A DNA stretch of 64,000 nt from Bacteroidales bacterium (GCA_049317265.1 JBMOIP010000012.1:4612-68611); one strand, 5' to 3'; positions 53,877 to 63,698 are shown, numbered from the stretch's first letter. Program-made: numbers and translations. The notes: generated from the letters alone by a model not told the origin.

Positions 53877-54527
53877 TCAGTGTTTTTTCCCGTAAGCAAG
53901 GTCGCCGGCATCACCCAGGCCGGGAACAATGTATGACTGTGCAGTCATCTCATCATCCACCGCGCCAACCCATAGCGTGATGCCATCCCTTGAGATATGC
54001 TTTTTTACGTATTCTATTCCTTCAACATTGGCCACTGCAGCCACAATGTGCGTATGCAACGGCTTCCCGTGGGTGATCAGTTCCTTGTATGCCAAAACCA
54101 TGGATGAACCGGAGGCCAGCATGGTATCACATAAAATTACAACCTTGTTCTCTATTTCCGTAACGGATGAATACTCGATGTTGATCGAGAATGTCCCATC
54201 TTTGTGATGACGACGGAAGGCGGATATAAAAGCATTTTCCGACTTGTCAAAGAAATTGAGAAATCCCTGGTGAAATGGCAGTCCGGCCCGGAGGATGGTT
54301 GCCAGCACAGGATACTCAATCAGCATCGGAACATTAGCGATACCCAGCGGAGTCACAACTTCCCGTGTTTCGTACGACAATCCCCTGCTGATCTCATAGG
54401 CAAATATTTCACCTAACCGTTGCAGGTTAAGACGAAATCTTAAACTGTCTTTCTGAATGTCCGCATCCCTGAGTTCCGAGATAAACTGGTTCAGGATGGA
54501 ATTGCCTGCTGATAGAACATTGACCAT
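53877..54527 (-). CDS. upp: Uracil phosphoribosyltransferase
   Basis: [18 protein letters not shown] site, [11 protein letters not shown]; own -7 element TATTTTTG at 54551-54558. Confidence 0.97.
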   Translation of the reverse strand: MVNVLSAGNSILNQFISELRDADIQKDSLRFRLNLQRLGEIFAYEISRGLSYETREVVTPLGIANVPMLIEYPVLATILRAGLPFHQGFLNFFDKSENAFISAFRRHHKDGTFSINIEYSSVTEIENKVVILCDTMLASGSSMVLAYKELITHGKPLHTHIVAAVANVEGIEYVKKHISRDGITLWVGAVDDEMTAQSYIVPGLGDAGDLAYGKKH

Positions 54528-54575
54528 GGTTACATTTTTTTACATTATCACAAAAATAGCCATTTTTCTCTATTT

Positions 54576-55505
54576 TCAGTTGTTGCGGATGAAATAAACC
54601 AATTTTTCAACCCACGAAGGAAACCTGCTGAGCCTCGTTGCAGGATAAGGAACTTCCATGGCGCCAAATCCTTTATAGAACCTTCCAAGGTTGAAATCAT
54701 TTCCCCCTTCAAAGTCGAGCACCAGGTTCGCCCCTGCATTGGTGGCAATAAAATGATCTATTAATAAAAACATGGCGCCATTTTCCCGGGCTTCAGGCGC
54801 GGAAGCGGCAAAAAGATAATATACCCTGTGGTGGTCAAACAGGAAAAATGCACCTGCAGATAATCCGCCGGTGCTGTTGTTAACGCCGAGGATAAACCCC
54901 TTCTGCCCGTCAAGGCACATGGATATCAGCCTTTGTAAATTATCATAATGACCCTCCTGAAGTTTCCCCTCCCGGTTCCCGAAATTCTCACGAAACAGGC
55001 CAATAAGTGCTGCAGGTCCGGTATTTTGAGTCAGGGAGAGTCCTGATTCCCTTGATTTCCGGATATTTCTGACAGTGTTTTTTGAATAGTTGGCAGAAAT
55101 CTGCTCATACCCGGCAGCCAGTGCCAACTCGTGGTTTTTCCTGGTGGTAATCTCAGCGATGGTGTCAGGACAATCATTCAGCGAATTCATCTGTATCTCA
55201 ACAAACCTGAACCTGGAAGGGATGGCACGCATAAAATCGGCTACCAATGACCCAGAGAGCGGATCCCTGGAAAAAACTCCGAGCTGCTGGGCGAAGAATG
55301 GCTGCGCGAGGTAGCGAAGAAACCACCTGCGTTTGTGTGTCAGCGGAAAAACAGCCTTGTAATCATCCAATACCAGCGCATCCCATGAAGGGCTCACCAG
55401 GTCGAGATACCACGAGAATGCATAAACCCTTCGATTGGCTGAACTGCTGATGCAGTCGTCCCAAAGGGTTTTGTCAATCTGTGGATGCCTGAGATACTTG
55501 ATCAT
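54576..55505 (-). CDS. GNAT-fold (FemAB-like) acyltransferase
   Basis: YAFSWYLD, QQLG, RNIRKS, DFEG, RFYKGFGA motifs. Confidence 0.75.
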   Translation of the reverse strand: MIKYLRHPQIDKTLWDDCISSSANRRVYAFSWYLDLVSPSWDALVLDDYKAVFPLTHKRRWFLRYLAQPFFAQQLGVFSRDPLSGSLVADFMRAIPSRFRFVEIQMNSLNDCPDTIAEITTRKNHELALAAGYEQISANYSKNTVRNIRKSRESGLSLTQNTGPAALIGLFRENFGNREGKLQEGHYDNLQRLISMCLDGQKGFILGVNNSTGGLSAGAFFLFDHHRVYYLFAASAPEARENGAMFLLIDHFIATNAGANLVLDFEGGNDFNLGRFYKGFGAMEVPYPATRLSRFPSWVEKLVYFIRNN

Positions 55506-55512
55506 ATAAAAA

Positions 55513-56820
55513 TCAGGATGAAGCCAGCTTTACCATCTCCTTGTATACACGCTGCCAGCCCTGCCACCGACCTGCATCGCCAAGACTTTCATTGTGCCAG
55601 AGACTCACGAATTCTCCGTTTACCGATTTGATGAGTTGAATCATTTTTTCAATTTTTTCAAGGCTTTCAACCGGGGTTAGACGAAGATAATCCTTCAGCG
55701 TTACATCCATGATTGAAACAGGGTGAATCATCATCGACGTCGCTTCATTCCTGGAGAGATCAAAAAAGGGAAAGGGCATGGCGATGCCGGCCCTGAATCC
55801 GGTATGGGAAGCATATCCCATCGAGAAATCATCCGTGATACCGAATTGCAGCAAACACCTGTAGGTTCTAGGAAGTGATAATTTAAGAAAATGCTGCCTG
55901 CTGATGGTCACATCACGGTCAAGCACTTCACATAAGCCGTCATATTCGTCTTCCAGTTTCAGCAGATGCCTGCCGGACGAAAGCGAAGGGTGAATTCCGA
56001 CACCTCCGTGCTGGTCAAGTTCCCTCAGGAGCTGGTGGAACTTTTTGGAAGTGATGGTTACATTGTTGTCATTCATGCCGTAGTCGGCAAAAAGAATGAA
56101 ATAGAGCGGAAAGTTGCCGGATGGTTCATGCACCGACCGGATAAAATTGTAGGTATCATAGGGATCGGGTGAGAACCCTGCAAGGACCTTTACCCGACCG
56201 ATCACATCGGCCAGGTTCCCCTTCAGCATCGACCTGCCAAATCCTCCCAGGGTCCGGGTGATGGTTCGTCCGCGAAAACACCAGGCATGGTCGACATCAA
56301 TGGTCGGCACAAATTGATACCTGCGGGGCGTGAAGGTCATTTCCGGGTAATGCCTCCTTAGTAAACGCTTCAGCATCTCTGCCCAGGCATGTACCACAGG
56401 GATTTCCAGAAATCCGCTCTTCCAGGCAATGCTCTCCGTTGCAGGGAACCGCCCGTAACTATCCCTTTTATGAGAATGATACTCCTCGTAACGGCTTACA
56501 AGATAAAAGCCTGCTGCAAACGGATCGAATGGCAATGCCGAAGATGGATGCACCGATTTGAATATCAATGGAGTCCCATCCAAAAAGGAGCACTGGATTT
56601 CATGGTATTTCACATCCTGTTCAAAGAGCAGACCGGCAGCTTCAATGGAAATTCCGTCTTCACTCACCTTCCTTGAATAGATTATTTTCGGTCCCGGAAA
56701 ATTGACAAACTCCTCCATTGATGTTGTTAAAAGGAATTCGGTTCCAAGCATCTCCTTCACCATCAGGGTAGCTATATAAACAATTCTGGCAGAAATGGAA
56801 TCTGTAAGGATAAGCAGCAT
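55513..56820 (-). CDS. Polysaccharide deacetylase-like protein (CE4-like)
   Basis: SRYEEY, PTIDVD, GIHPS, RQHFL, GFRAG, MDVTL, LWHN motifs; start MLLILTD. Confidence 0.75.
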   Translation of the reverse strand: MLLILTDSISARIVYIATLMVKEMLGTEFLLTTSMEEFVNFPGPKIIYSRKVSEDGISIEAAGLLFEQDVKYHEIQCSFLDGTPLIFKSVHPSSALPFDPFAAGFYLVSRYEEYHSHKRDSYGRFPATESIAWKSGFLEIPVVHAWAEMLKRLLRRHYPEMTFTPRRYQFVPTIDVDHAWCFRGRTITRTLGGFGRSMLKGNLADVIGRVKVLAGFSPDPYDTYNFIRSVHEPSGNFPLYFILFADYGMNDNNVTITSKKFHQLLRELDQHGGVGIHPSLSSGRHLLKLEDEYDGLCEVLDRDVTISRQHFLKLSLPRTYRCLLQFGITDDFSMGYASHTGFRAGIAMPFPFFDLSRNEATSMMIHPVSIMDVTLKDYLRLTPVESLEKIEKMIQLIKSVNGEFVSLWHNESLGDAGRWQGWQRVYKEMVKLASS

Positions 56821-56912
56821 AAAAACAGCGTCGATAGTTGCAGCCAAATTACACAAAAAACAAAAACTTTCGTACTTTTGAATAATATTTAGGAATAGAA
56901 ACGGACTCGTAA

Positions 56913-58724
56913 ATGGAGAATTTCATCGTATCGGCAAGGAAATACCGTCCACAGACTTTTGACACAGTGGTTGGCCAGAATTCCATCACCAACACCCTTA
57001 AAAATGCCATCAAAAACAACCAGCTGGCACAGGCTTTCCTCTTTTGCGGACCGAGGGGCGTGGGTAAAACTACCTGTGCCCGGATCCTGGCAAAGACCAT
57101 CAACTGCGGAAACCTCTCCTCCAACATGGAAGCGTGCGACGAATGTCCTTCCTGCGTCTCTTTCAATGAGAGTGCGTCGTTCAACATTTATGAGCTTGAC
57201 GGCGCTTCCAACAATTCGGTTGATGACATACGCAACCTTGTTGACCAGGTGCGCGTTCCTCCTCAGATGGGACGGTACAAGGTCTATATCATCGATGAAG
57301 TCCACATGCTCTCTGCCAATGCGTTCAATGCATTCCTTAAAACATTGGAAGAGCCTCCTCCCTATGCAAAATTCATCCTGGCAACAACAGAAAAACACAA
57401 AATCCTTCCAACGATCCTCTCAAGATGCCAGATATTTGATTTCAAACGGATTACAGTGGAGGATATTGCCGGACACCTCCACCATGTAGCTGACAAGGAA
57501 CATATCACGGCAGAGGATAATGCGCTGCATATTGTGGCGCAAAAGGCAGACGGTGCCATGCGAGATGCTTTGTCAATTTTTGACCAGCTCGTTAGTTTTG
57601 CAGGAAATACCCTGACATACAGCACGGTGCTGGAAAATCTGAATGTCCTCGACTATGAGTACTTTTTCAAAATAACCGATCAGATCCTGCAGGGCGATAT
57701 TTCGGGCCCGCTTCTCACCATCAACGACATCATTGGGAAGGGATTTGAAGGGCAGCATTTTCTTATCGGATTCGGCGAACACCTTCGCAATTTATTGGTC
57801 TGCAAGGATCCAGCCACAGCCGGTTTGCTGGAAACCGCACCATCCATACGAAACCATTATGTTGAACAATCCGGAAGATGCTCCGTTACCTTCCTGCTTA
57901 CCCTTCTCGACATCAACAACCGGTGTGACCTCAATTATAAAACGTCGAACAACAAACGGTTGCACCTGGAACTTTCGCTGATGCAGATGTGTGCCCCCAT
58001 GATCGCACAGGAGCGAACCAGCCCTCCTCAGGCACCCATTTCCCCTGCTCCTCCCAAATTAGTAACTCCTGCGGCTCCGGCGCCTGCAGCGATCCCTATT
58101 AAACCGACCCAGGTGATTCCTCCTGCAGCCACCAACCCTGAAGTTGCTTCTCCAATTCCAGCCCCAGTCGTTGAAGTTAAGCAGCCGGAATCACCGTCTG
58201 TTCATGATGAAATCCAACCTAAAAAAGTTTCTGAACCCTTTAAGATGAGGGATATGAAAGATGGCTACACGAGTACTACTTCCATTAAAAAGCCGATGCC
58301 TAAAACGGGGCATGAGGTTGATAACCCTGATGAGGATCTTTCCCGGTACGACGTTGCCACCCCATTTACGCAGACAGATCTCATTCTCCACTGGGATGAG
58401 TATGCTGATAATTTAAAAAACGACTTTCCTCATCTCTATTCCACCTTGCATAATTCCCGCCCTGAACTTCAGGACAACTGGAATATTACTTTTACCCTCG
58501 ACAATAAAGTGCTGGAAGATGAACTTACCCTTCGGAAAACCGAGATGATGGAGTTTCTCAGGGGGCGTCTGAACAATTATAAAATCCAGCTGAAAACCAC
58601 CATCGCCGATGTACAGAAAACCATGAAACCATATACGGATAAGGAGAAGTTTGAGATGATGGCCGGGAAAAATCCTGCCCTGCGAACGCTGAGAGAAGAG
58701 TTGGATCTGGAAATTGAGTATTGA
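56913..58724 (+). CDS. dnaX: DNA polymerase III subunit gamma/tau
   Basis: ARKYRPQTF, GPRGVGKT, Zn module, IDEVHML, SRCQ; -7 element TACTTTTG at 56873-56880. Confidence 0.98.
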   Translation: MENFIVSARKYRPQTFDTVVGQNSITNTLKNAIKNNQLAQAFLFCGPRGVGKTTCARILAKTINCGNLSSNMEACDECPSCVSFNESASFNIYELDGASNNSVDDIRNLVDQVRVPPQMGRYKVYIIDEVHMLSANAFNAFLKTLEEPPPYAKFILATTEKHKILPTILSRCQIFDFKRITVEDIAGHLHHVADKEHITAEDNALHIVAQKADGAMRDALSIFDQLVSFAGNTLTYSTVLENLNVLDYEYFFKITDQILQGDISGPLLTINDIIGKGFEGQHFLIGFGEHLRNLLVCKDPATAGLLETAPSIRNHYVEQSGRCSVTFLLTLLDINNRCDLNYKTSNNKRLHLELSLMQMCAPMIAQERTSPPQAPISPAPPKLVTPAAPAPAAIPIKPTQVIPPAATNPEVASPIPAPVVEVKQPESPSVHDEIQPKKVSEPFKMRDMKDGYTSTTSIKKPMPKTGHEVDNPDEDLSRYDVATPFTQTDLILHWDEYADNLKNDFPHLYSTLHNSRPELQDNWNITFTLDNKVLEDELTLRKTEMMEFLRGRLNNYKIQLKTTIADVQKTMKPYTDKEKFEMMAGKNPALRTLREELDLEIEY

Positions 58725-58743
58725 TTGCACTCTTTTCAACACG

Positions 58744-59670
58744 ATGATGACCGGACAAAGGATTTTTTGCATAGGGGAGACAGTACTCGACATCATTTTC
58801 AAAAACGACTTGCCCGTAACGGCAAATCCAGGTGGTTCAATGCTGAACACAGCAGTGTCGCTTGGCCGTGCCGGCCTGCCCGTTTTTTTTATCAGTGAAT
58901 ACGGTACCGACCATGCCGGAAACCTGATTGCTGAATTTTTAGAAAAAAACGGAGTCTCAACCGATTATGTCAATCGCTATTCCAACGGAAAAACCGCACT
59001 GGCACTGGCTTTTCTCGACCATGAACAAGATGCGGAATACTCATTTTACAAACTTTTTCCGGCAGAACGTCTGGAAGCACCATTCCCTGACGTGAACAAC
59101 AGGGATATTGTCCTTTTCGGATCCATTTATGCCATTGCTGATCCTGTTTATAAGGTAATCAGAGATTTTGTCAGGACCGCAAAATCCAGGGGCGCCTTTA
59201 TCATCTATGACCCTAACTTCAGGAACGCACACCTTGCTGAGCTGGAAACCCTGAAACCCAGGATAGTTGAAAATATCAGCTTGGCCAACCTGGTACGGGG
59301 TTCGGATGAGGACTTCCGGAATATTTTTAATGCGGCCGATTCGAGTGAGGCATTTCAGTTTGTTAACCAGGCAGGGTGTCCGTTTTTGATTTATACCCAA
59401 AGCAGTAATTTCGTACAGGTATATGCACATGGTTCATCACAATATTATGAAGTTCCCCGGGTTAATGTTTTGAGTACTGTTGGGGCGGGCGATGCATTCA
59501 ATGCAGGCGTGATCTATGAGTTGTTTTTCCGACCATGGTCTGAAAATTTCCCGGAGACCATCCAGGCAGGCCTGATTGGTTCCGGGATAAGGTTTTCTGC
59601 TGAGGTATGCGGGAGCATGGACAACTATATTTCAGTAGCATTTGGAGAAAAATTGAAAATTACGCCATGA
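58744..59670 (+). CDS. PfkB-family carbohydrate kinase (fructokinase-like)
   Basis: IGE, PGGS, YDPNFR, STVGAGDAF anion-hole motif. Confidence 0.9.
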   Translation: MMTGQRIFCIGETVLDIIFKNDLPVTANPGGSMLNTAVSLGRAGLPVFFISEYGTDHAGNLIAEFLEKNGVSTDYVNRYSNGKTALALAFLDHEQDAEYSFYKLFPAERLEAPFPDVNNRDIVLFGSIYAIADPVYKVIRDFVRTAKSRGAFIIYDPNFRNAHLAELETLKPRIVENISLANLVRGSDEDFRNIFNAADSSEAFQFVNQAGCPFLIYTQSSNFVQVYAHGSSQYYEVPRVNVLSTVGAGDAFNAGVIYELFFRPWSENFPETIQAGLIGSGIRFSAEVCGSMDNYISVAFGEKLKITP

Positions 59671-60038
59671 CCCGCGGAATTTATACCATCCTGCTGCTGA
59701 TCCTGTCCAATGCCTTTATGACACTGGCCTGGTACGGACATTTAAAATTCAGGGAAATGAACTGGTTTCAGAATCTCGGGCTGGTGAGTATCGTTTTGCT
59801 CAGTTGGGGAATTGCCCTGTTCGAATATTTCTTCCAGGTGCCGGCAAACCGGATTGGTTATCGTGAATTTGGGGGACCTTTTTCCCTGGTAGAACTGAAA
59901 GTGATCCAGGAGGTCATCACTTTGATTGTTTTCAGCATTTTTACGATCTTGTTTTTCAAGACTGAAACATTGCGAATCAACCATTTAATAGGATTTGTAT
60001 TTCTAATTCTGGCCGTTTATTTCATTTTCAAAAAATAA
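59667..60038 (+). CDS. Small DMT family membrane protein (DUF486-like)
   Basis: SNAFMTLAWYGHLK, SWGIALFEY, VPANRIG, LKVIQEVITL; ATGA overlap with the pfkB-like stop. Confidence 0.85.
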   Translation: MTRGIYTILLLILSNAFMTLAWYGHLKFREMNWFQNLGLVSIVLLSWGIALFEYFFQVPANRIGYREFGGPFSLVELKVIQEVITLIVFSIFTILFFKTETLRINHLIGFVFLILAVYFIFKK

Positions 60039-60041
60039 CAT

Positions 60042-60497
60042 ATGAAGGCAACCAAAGCATCCATCGACACTTTTCTCGCAATAAAGAAGATAGCCATTGC
60101 AGGTGTATCCAGGGATCCGAAAAAATTCGGATACCTTGTTTTCAAAACGCTCAGGGAGAAGGGATTTGAAGTTTATCCCATCAACCCGGGTACCGACAAC
60201 ATTGATGGCATTCCATGCTTCAGAAACGTGGGTGCGCTTCCACTCAATGTTCACAGCCTGTTAATCATCACCCCGAAAAAACTGACACGTGAGCTGATGG
60301 CGGCAGCGCTTGCCAAGGGCATTGACAACATCTGGATCCAGCAGATGTCAGAAACACCCGAAGCCATTGAATTAACGAAAGGACATGCCATCAACCTGAT
60401 AATCAAAGAGTGTATCCTCATGCATGTTGATCCGGTGAACGGAATCCACAAATTTCATCGAAACCTGAGGAAAATATTCGGGTTATTCCCAAGATAA
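60042..60497 (+). CDS. CoA-binding protein
   Basis: IAIAGVSRDPKKFG, VYPINP, IWIQQ, ECILM. Confidence 0.88.
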   Translation: MKATKASIDTFLAIKKIAIAGVSRDPKKFGYLVFKTLREKGFEVYPINPGTDNIDGIPCFRNVGALPLNVHSLLIITPKKLTRELMAAALAKGIDNIWIQQMSETPEAIELTKGHAINLIIKECILMHVDPVNGIHKFHRNLRKIFGLFPR

Positions 60498-60500
60498 AGA

Positions 60501-60600
60501 GATTTACGATTGGACGATTTACGATTTACGATTTTAGCTGCCTATGGCAGATTCTTGAATAGCACGGCAATCGTCAATCTAAAATCGTCCAATCGAAAAT
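60501..60600. repeat. Long inverted repeat built from heptamers (GATTTAC)n / (AATCGTC)n
   Basis: Arms 60502-60533 and 60569-60600 are complementary at 28/32 positions; inner hairpin CTGCC-TAT-GGCAG. Confidence 0.85.
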
Positions 60601-61767
60601 TTAGTTGATTTGGTGCGCCGAATAGTATTTCAGTGTCGTGGTCAGGAATAGTACCAGGCCGGCAAGGGATATTACCGAGCAGACGAGGAATGCTCCCGCT
60701 ATCGAAAAGTACTGGGAAATCACACCTACCAAAACCATTCCGAGCCCCATTCCTAAATCCACCGACATGAAAAGGGTCGAACTTGCCGCGCCCCTCCGGG
60801 TGGCAGGCACCATATTGTTTATCATTGTTTGAAAGGTTGGAAATACCACTCCGTTGCCAAAGCCGAGAATCAACGCGGCAATATAAAATCCAGCCTGGTC
60901 CTGCCACATTGCCAGGAGCGGAAATCCGATGATCAGCAGCGACAGGCAGATGATGATTATAGTGCGTGGCCCGTTCCTGTCCAGCGCTTTCCCAATGGCA
61001 AACCTTGAACTGATGATCCCAATGGCATAGATCAGGAAAAAACCTGAGGGATTTTCCATACCGGTCTCATGTCCGAAAAGCGCCACGAAAGAGATCAGTC
61101 CGCCATACGTAAGCATGATAATCAACACATTGACAGCAGGAATGATGGTTCGTGTTTCAACCAGGTTTTTCCAGTTGAAATCGAGACCAGGCCTGGGCGT
61201 GTAATATGACCTGTAACCTATCATCGAAGCAAGTCCAAGGCTAACCAGGCTGATCAGGCAACCGGCCACGAACATGGCTGTATATCCTCCATACTGAAAG
61301 ATGATTGTTCCAACCATTGGGCCAAGCGCCATCCCTGCGGTGGTTGAGACCCCAAAAAAGCCAAATCCCTGTCCCCGCTTGGTTTCCGGAATTATATCAC
61401 CTGCCACCGTAGAATTGGAGGTTGTGGTCAGCCCCCAGGTTAACCCGTGAATGAAACGAACCACAATCATCGCCAGGACCGTTGTCGCCATAAGATACCC
61501 GTTAAACGTAAGGGCATAAATGACAAGTGAGAGCAGGAAAAGTTTCTTTCTGCCATACTTGTCAAGGCTGAACCCGCAGAAAGGCCTGATCATGATGGCA
61601 GCAACAACATAACTTGCCATGACCAGCCCGACCAGGCTCTCCGGAGCCTTCATTACATTGGAAATATACAATGGCAGCGTCGAAATCAACGAATAGTATG
61701 CACAACACATTAAAAAATTAGAGAGGGTAAGCAGGGTAAAGTCCCTGTTCCATAGCTTGTTATTCAT
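60601..61767 (-). CDS. MFS transporter
   Basis: About 12 TM helices, DKYGRK motif A, RFIHG, PETKRGQG; start MNNKLW lies just downstream of -7 element at 61777-61784. Confidence 0.92.
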   Translation of the reverse strand: MNNKLWNRDFTLLTLSNFLMCCAYYSLISTLPLYISNVMKAPESLVGLVMASYVVAAIMIRPFCGFSLDKYGRKKLFLLSLVIYALTFNGYLMATTVLAMIVVRFIHGLTWGLTTTSNSTVAGDIIPETKRGQGFGFFGVSTTAGMALGPMVGTIIFQYGGYTAMFVAGCLISLVSLGLASMIGYRSYYTPRPGLDFNWKNLVETRTIIPAVNVLIIMLTYGGLISFVALFGHETGMENPSGFFLIYAIGIISSRFAIGKALDRNGPRTIIIICLSLLIIGFPLLAMWQDQAGFYIAALILGFGNGVVFPTFQTMINNMVPATRRGAASSTLFMSVDLGMGLGMVLVGVISQYFSIAGAFLVCSVISLAGLVLFLTTTLKYYSAHQIN

Positions 61768-61851
61768 AAGAGCAGTCAAAAGTAGCGTTGGAGTTTCCAC
61801 CAATAAACGAAAGCAAAATTAGACAATTAACAAATTTTTAACAGAATATTC

Positions 61852-61881
61852 TTGAAACTTGCTGCACTCCTGCTAATTTTG
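61852..61881 (+). promoter_or_regulatory. Housekeeping promoter of the leader-ORF / His-rich / CDF unit
   Basis: TTG (61852-61854), 19 bp, TAATTTTG (61874-61881); ATG follows after 7 bp. Confidence 0.65.
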
Positions 61882-61888
61882 CCATTCC

Positions 61889-62191
61889 ATGAAACAATTC
61901 AGAAAAGCCAATCTGAACCTTCTTCTAATCCTGTTTTCCATAGTTTGCCTGGGAATGAAGGTTTATGGCATGCCCGGGACCCATTTTCATTACGAGGGAA
62001 CCTCCACCGAAGCACCTGCCTCATGCCTCTCCTTCAATTCAGATATACACTCGGGGGATGATGACCAGGTTGTTTCAGTAATTACTTTCAGCTCAGCTTA
62101 CATCCAGGGAGTAGCGTTTTCAACAGCTATCTCTGCGGTTGAAACACCCGGCTTTACCTTCGCCTTTTGGCAGCCTCCAAAATCATCCTGA
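61889..62191 (+). CDS. Small exported leader-type protein ending in FWQPPK (candidate arrest peptide)
   Basis: Signal-like N-terminus, His/Cys/Asp residues (HFH, C, H, DDD), terminal FWQPPKSS; first ORF of a metal-transport unit. Confidence 0.65.
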   Translation: MKQFRKANLNLLLILFSIVCLGMKVYGMPGTHFHYEGTSTEAPASCLSFNSDIHSGDDDQVVSVITFSSAYIQGVAFSTAISAVETPGFTFAFWQPPKSS

Positions 62192-62300
62192 CATAGTCCG
62201 CAAAGTTTACCTGCTTTCATTATCAGACAACCTATGTTTGATATGTATGCAATTATTGCTATAAATTCATGCCGATTTCACCAATTTAATACTTTGTAAA

Positions 62301-62705
62301 ATGGGACATAAGGATTATTTTAAGTATAATGATAGTCACCACGGACATCGCGAGAGACAGCATTACCATGGTGACAGGGATTACCATGGTGACAGGGATT
62401 ACCATGGTGACAGGGACTACCATCATGCAGCCGGGGAGTACCATCAGCAAAGAGGTTCCTTTTCCGGATTTAACAGCCTGCCCCCATGGAATGTAATCCT
62501 GGATAAATTAAAAAACAATAAAAGACTCAGACTCATTGCTGTTTTTGGATCCATTGTTTTCCTGGTTCTCATTGTGAGCCTGCTGTTTATCCTGATGCCA
62601 TTGTTCATCAAACTGATAAACTATATAAATCATAATGGCTTACAAAGTTTGCCGGATGCAATACTTGCTTTTTTGAATAAAATCTGGAAAGGTTCCTCCA
62701 TCTAA
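62301..62705 (+). CDS. His-rich single-pass membrane protein
   Basis: N-terminal HHGH...(YHGDRD)3-YHH, one long hydrophobic segment, amphipathic tail. Confidence 0.7.
   Translation: MGHKDYFKYNDSHHGHRERQHYHGDRDYHGDRDYHGDRDYHHAAGEYHQQRGSFSGFNSLPPWNVILDKLKNNKRLRLIAVFGSIVFLVLIVSLLFILMPLFIKLINYINHNGLQSLPDAILAFLNKIWKGSSI
62362..62423 (+). repeat. In-frame 18-bp tandem repeat
   Basis: ATTACCATGGTGACAGGG x3 perfect, plus partial ACTACCAT. Confidence 0.95.
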
Positions 62706-62803
62706 ATGCTGGCGCGGCCGTTTGTCCCTGGAGGGGAAGAGAATGCCCTTCCGGGGATTAAAATAAAAACAGTTCAATCCATGGAAACAGGAAAGGAATA
62801 AGT

Positions 62804-63679
62804 ATGAAAAACAGGATGGAAATTGAAAAAAAAAGAGTAGCCGGCGTATCGGTGATCGCCGCTTTCTTTCTAACAGGGTTCAAACTGGCAATCGGGCTGA
62901 TCACAGGAAGCCTTGGACTGTTGTCAGAAGCGCTTCACTCGGGGCTGGACCTTGTCGCTGCGATAATTACCTGGTTCTCTGTCAGAATTTCTGACACCCC
63001 TCCAGATAAAAACCATCATTTCGGGCATGGGAAAATCGAAAATTTCTCAGCCTTGATTGAAACCTTCCTTTTGCTGATCACTTGTGCATGGATTATTTTT
63101 GAAGCGGTTCACAGACTGGTAAGCGGGAACACAAAAATTGAAGTATCCATTTTTAGTTACCTCGTGGTTCTCACCTCCATTGCAATTGATATTGCCAGGT
63201 CAAGGGCGCTGTACAAAGTCGCAAGAAAATACAACAGCCAGGCCCTGGAGGCCGATGCACTGCACTTTTCAACCGACATCTGGAGCTCGGCAGTTGTTTT
63301 GCTCGGACTGATCCTCGCGCAGTTTGGTTGGTTTTTTGCTGATTCTGTCGCAGCACTGGCTGTGGCATTCATTGTTTTGGGTGTATCCTGGAGGCTAGGA
63401 AAACGGGCCGCAGATGTGTTGCTCGACAGAAGTCCTGCACCCCTGGTGGCAATCATAGAATCGCTGCTCAATCAATCGCATGGAATAATACGGTATCACG
63501 ATCTTAAAGTAAGGACATCCGGGGCAGAGAACTTCATTGAAGTGACAGTTCACATGGAACCCGGACTTTCACTGGTTGCAGCCCATGAAATATCGAACCA
63601 GATCGAACAAAAAATAGCTGAGGTCCTGCCCCGATCCCATGTTCATATTCACCTTGAACCAGACAGGCACCAGTCCTGA
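62804..63679 (+). CDS. Cation diffusion facilitator (FieF/CzcD-like) metal exporter
   Basis: EALHSGLD (HxxxD) and ALHFSTD (HxxxD) site A, PDKNHHFGHGKIE, C-terminal dimer domain with HIHLEP. Confidence 0.93.
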   Translation: MKNRMEIEKKRVAGVSVIAAFFLTGFKLAIGLITGSLGLLSEALHSGLDLVAAIITWFSVRISDTPPDKNHHFGHGKIENFSALIETFLLLITCAWIIFEAVHRLVSGNTKIEVSIFSYLVVLTSIAIDIARSRALYKVARKYNSQALEADALHFSTDIWSSAVVLLGLILAQFGWFFADSVAALAVAFIVLGVSWRLGKRAADVLLDRSPAPLVAIIESLLNQSHGIIRYHDLKVRTSGAENFIEVTVHMEPGLSLVAAHEISNQIEQKIAEVLPRSHVHIHLEPDRHQS

Positions 63680-63698
63680 CCCGGAAGAAAAAAGCAAA

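Noticed and set aside
62362-62423. Tandem repeat as a mini-CRISPR
   Set aside because: No spacers, in-frame within a CDS, no cas genes.
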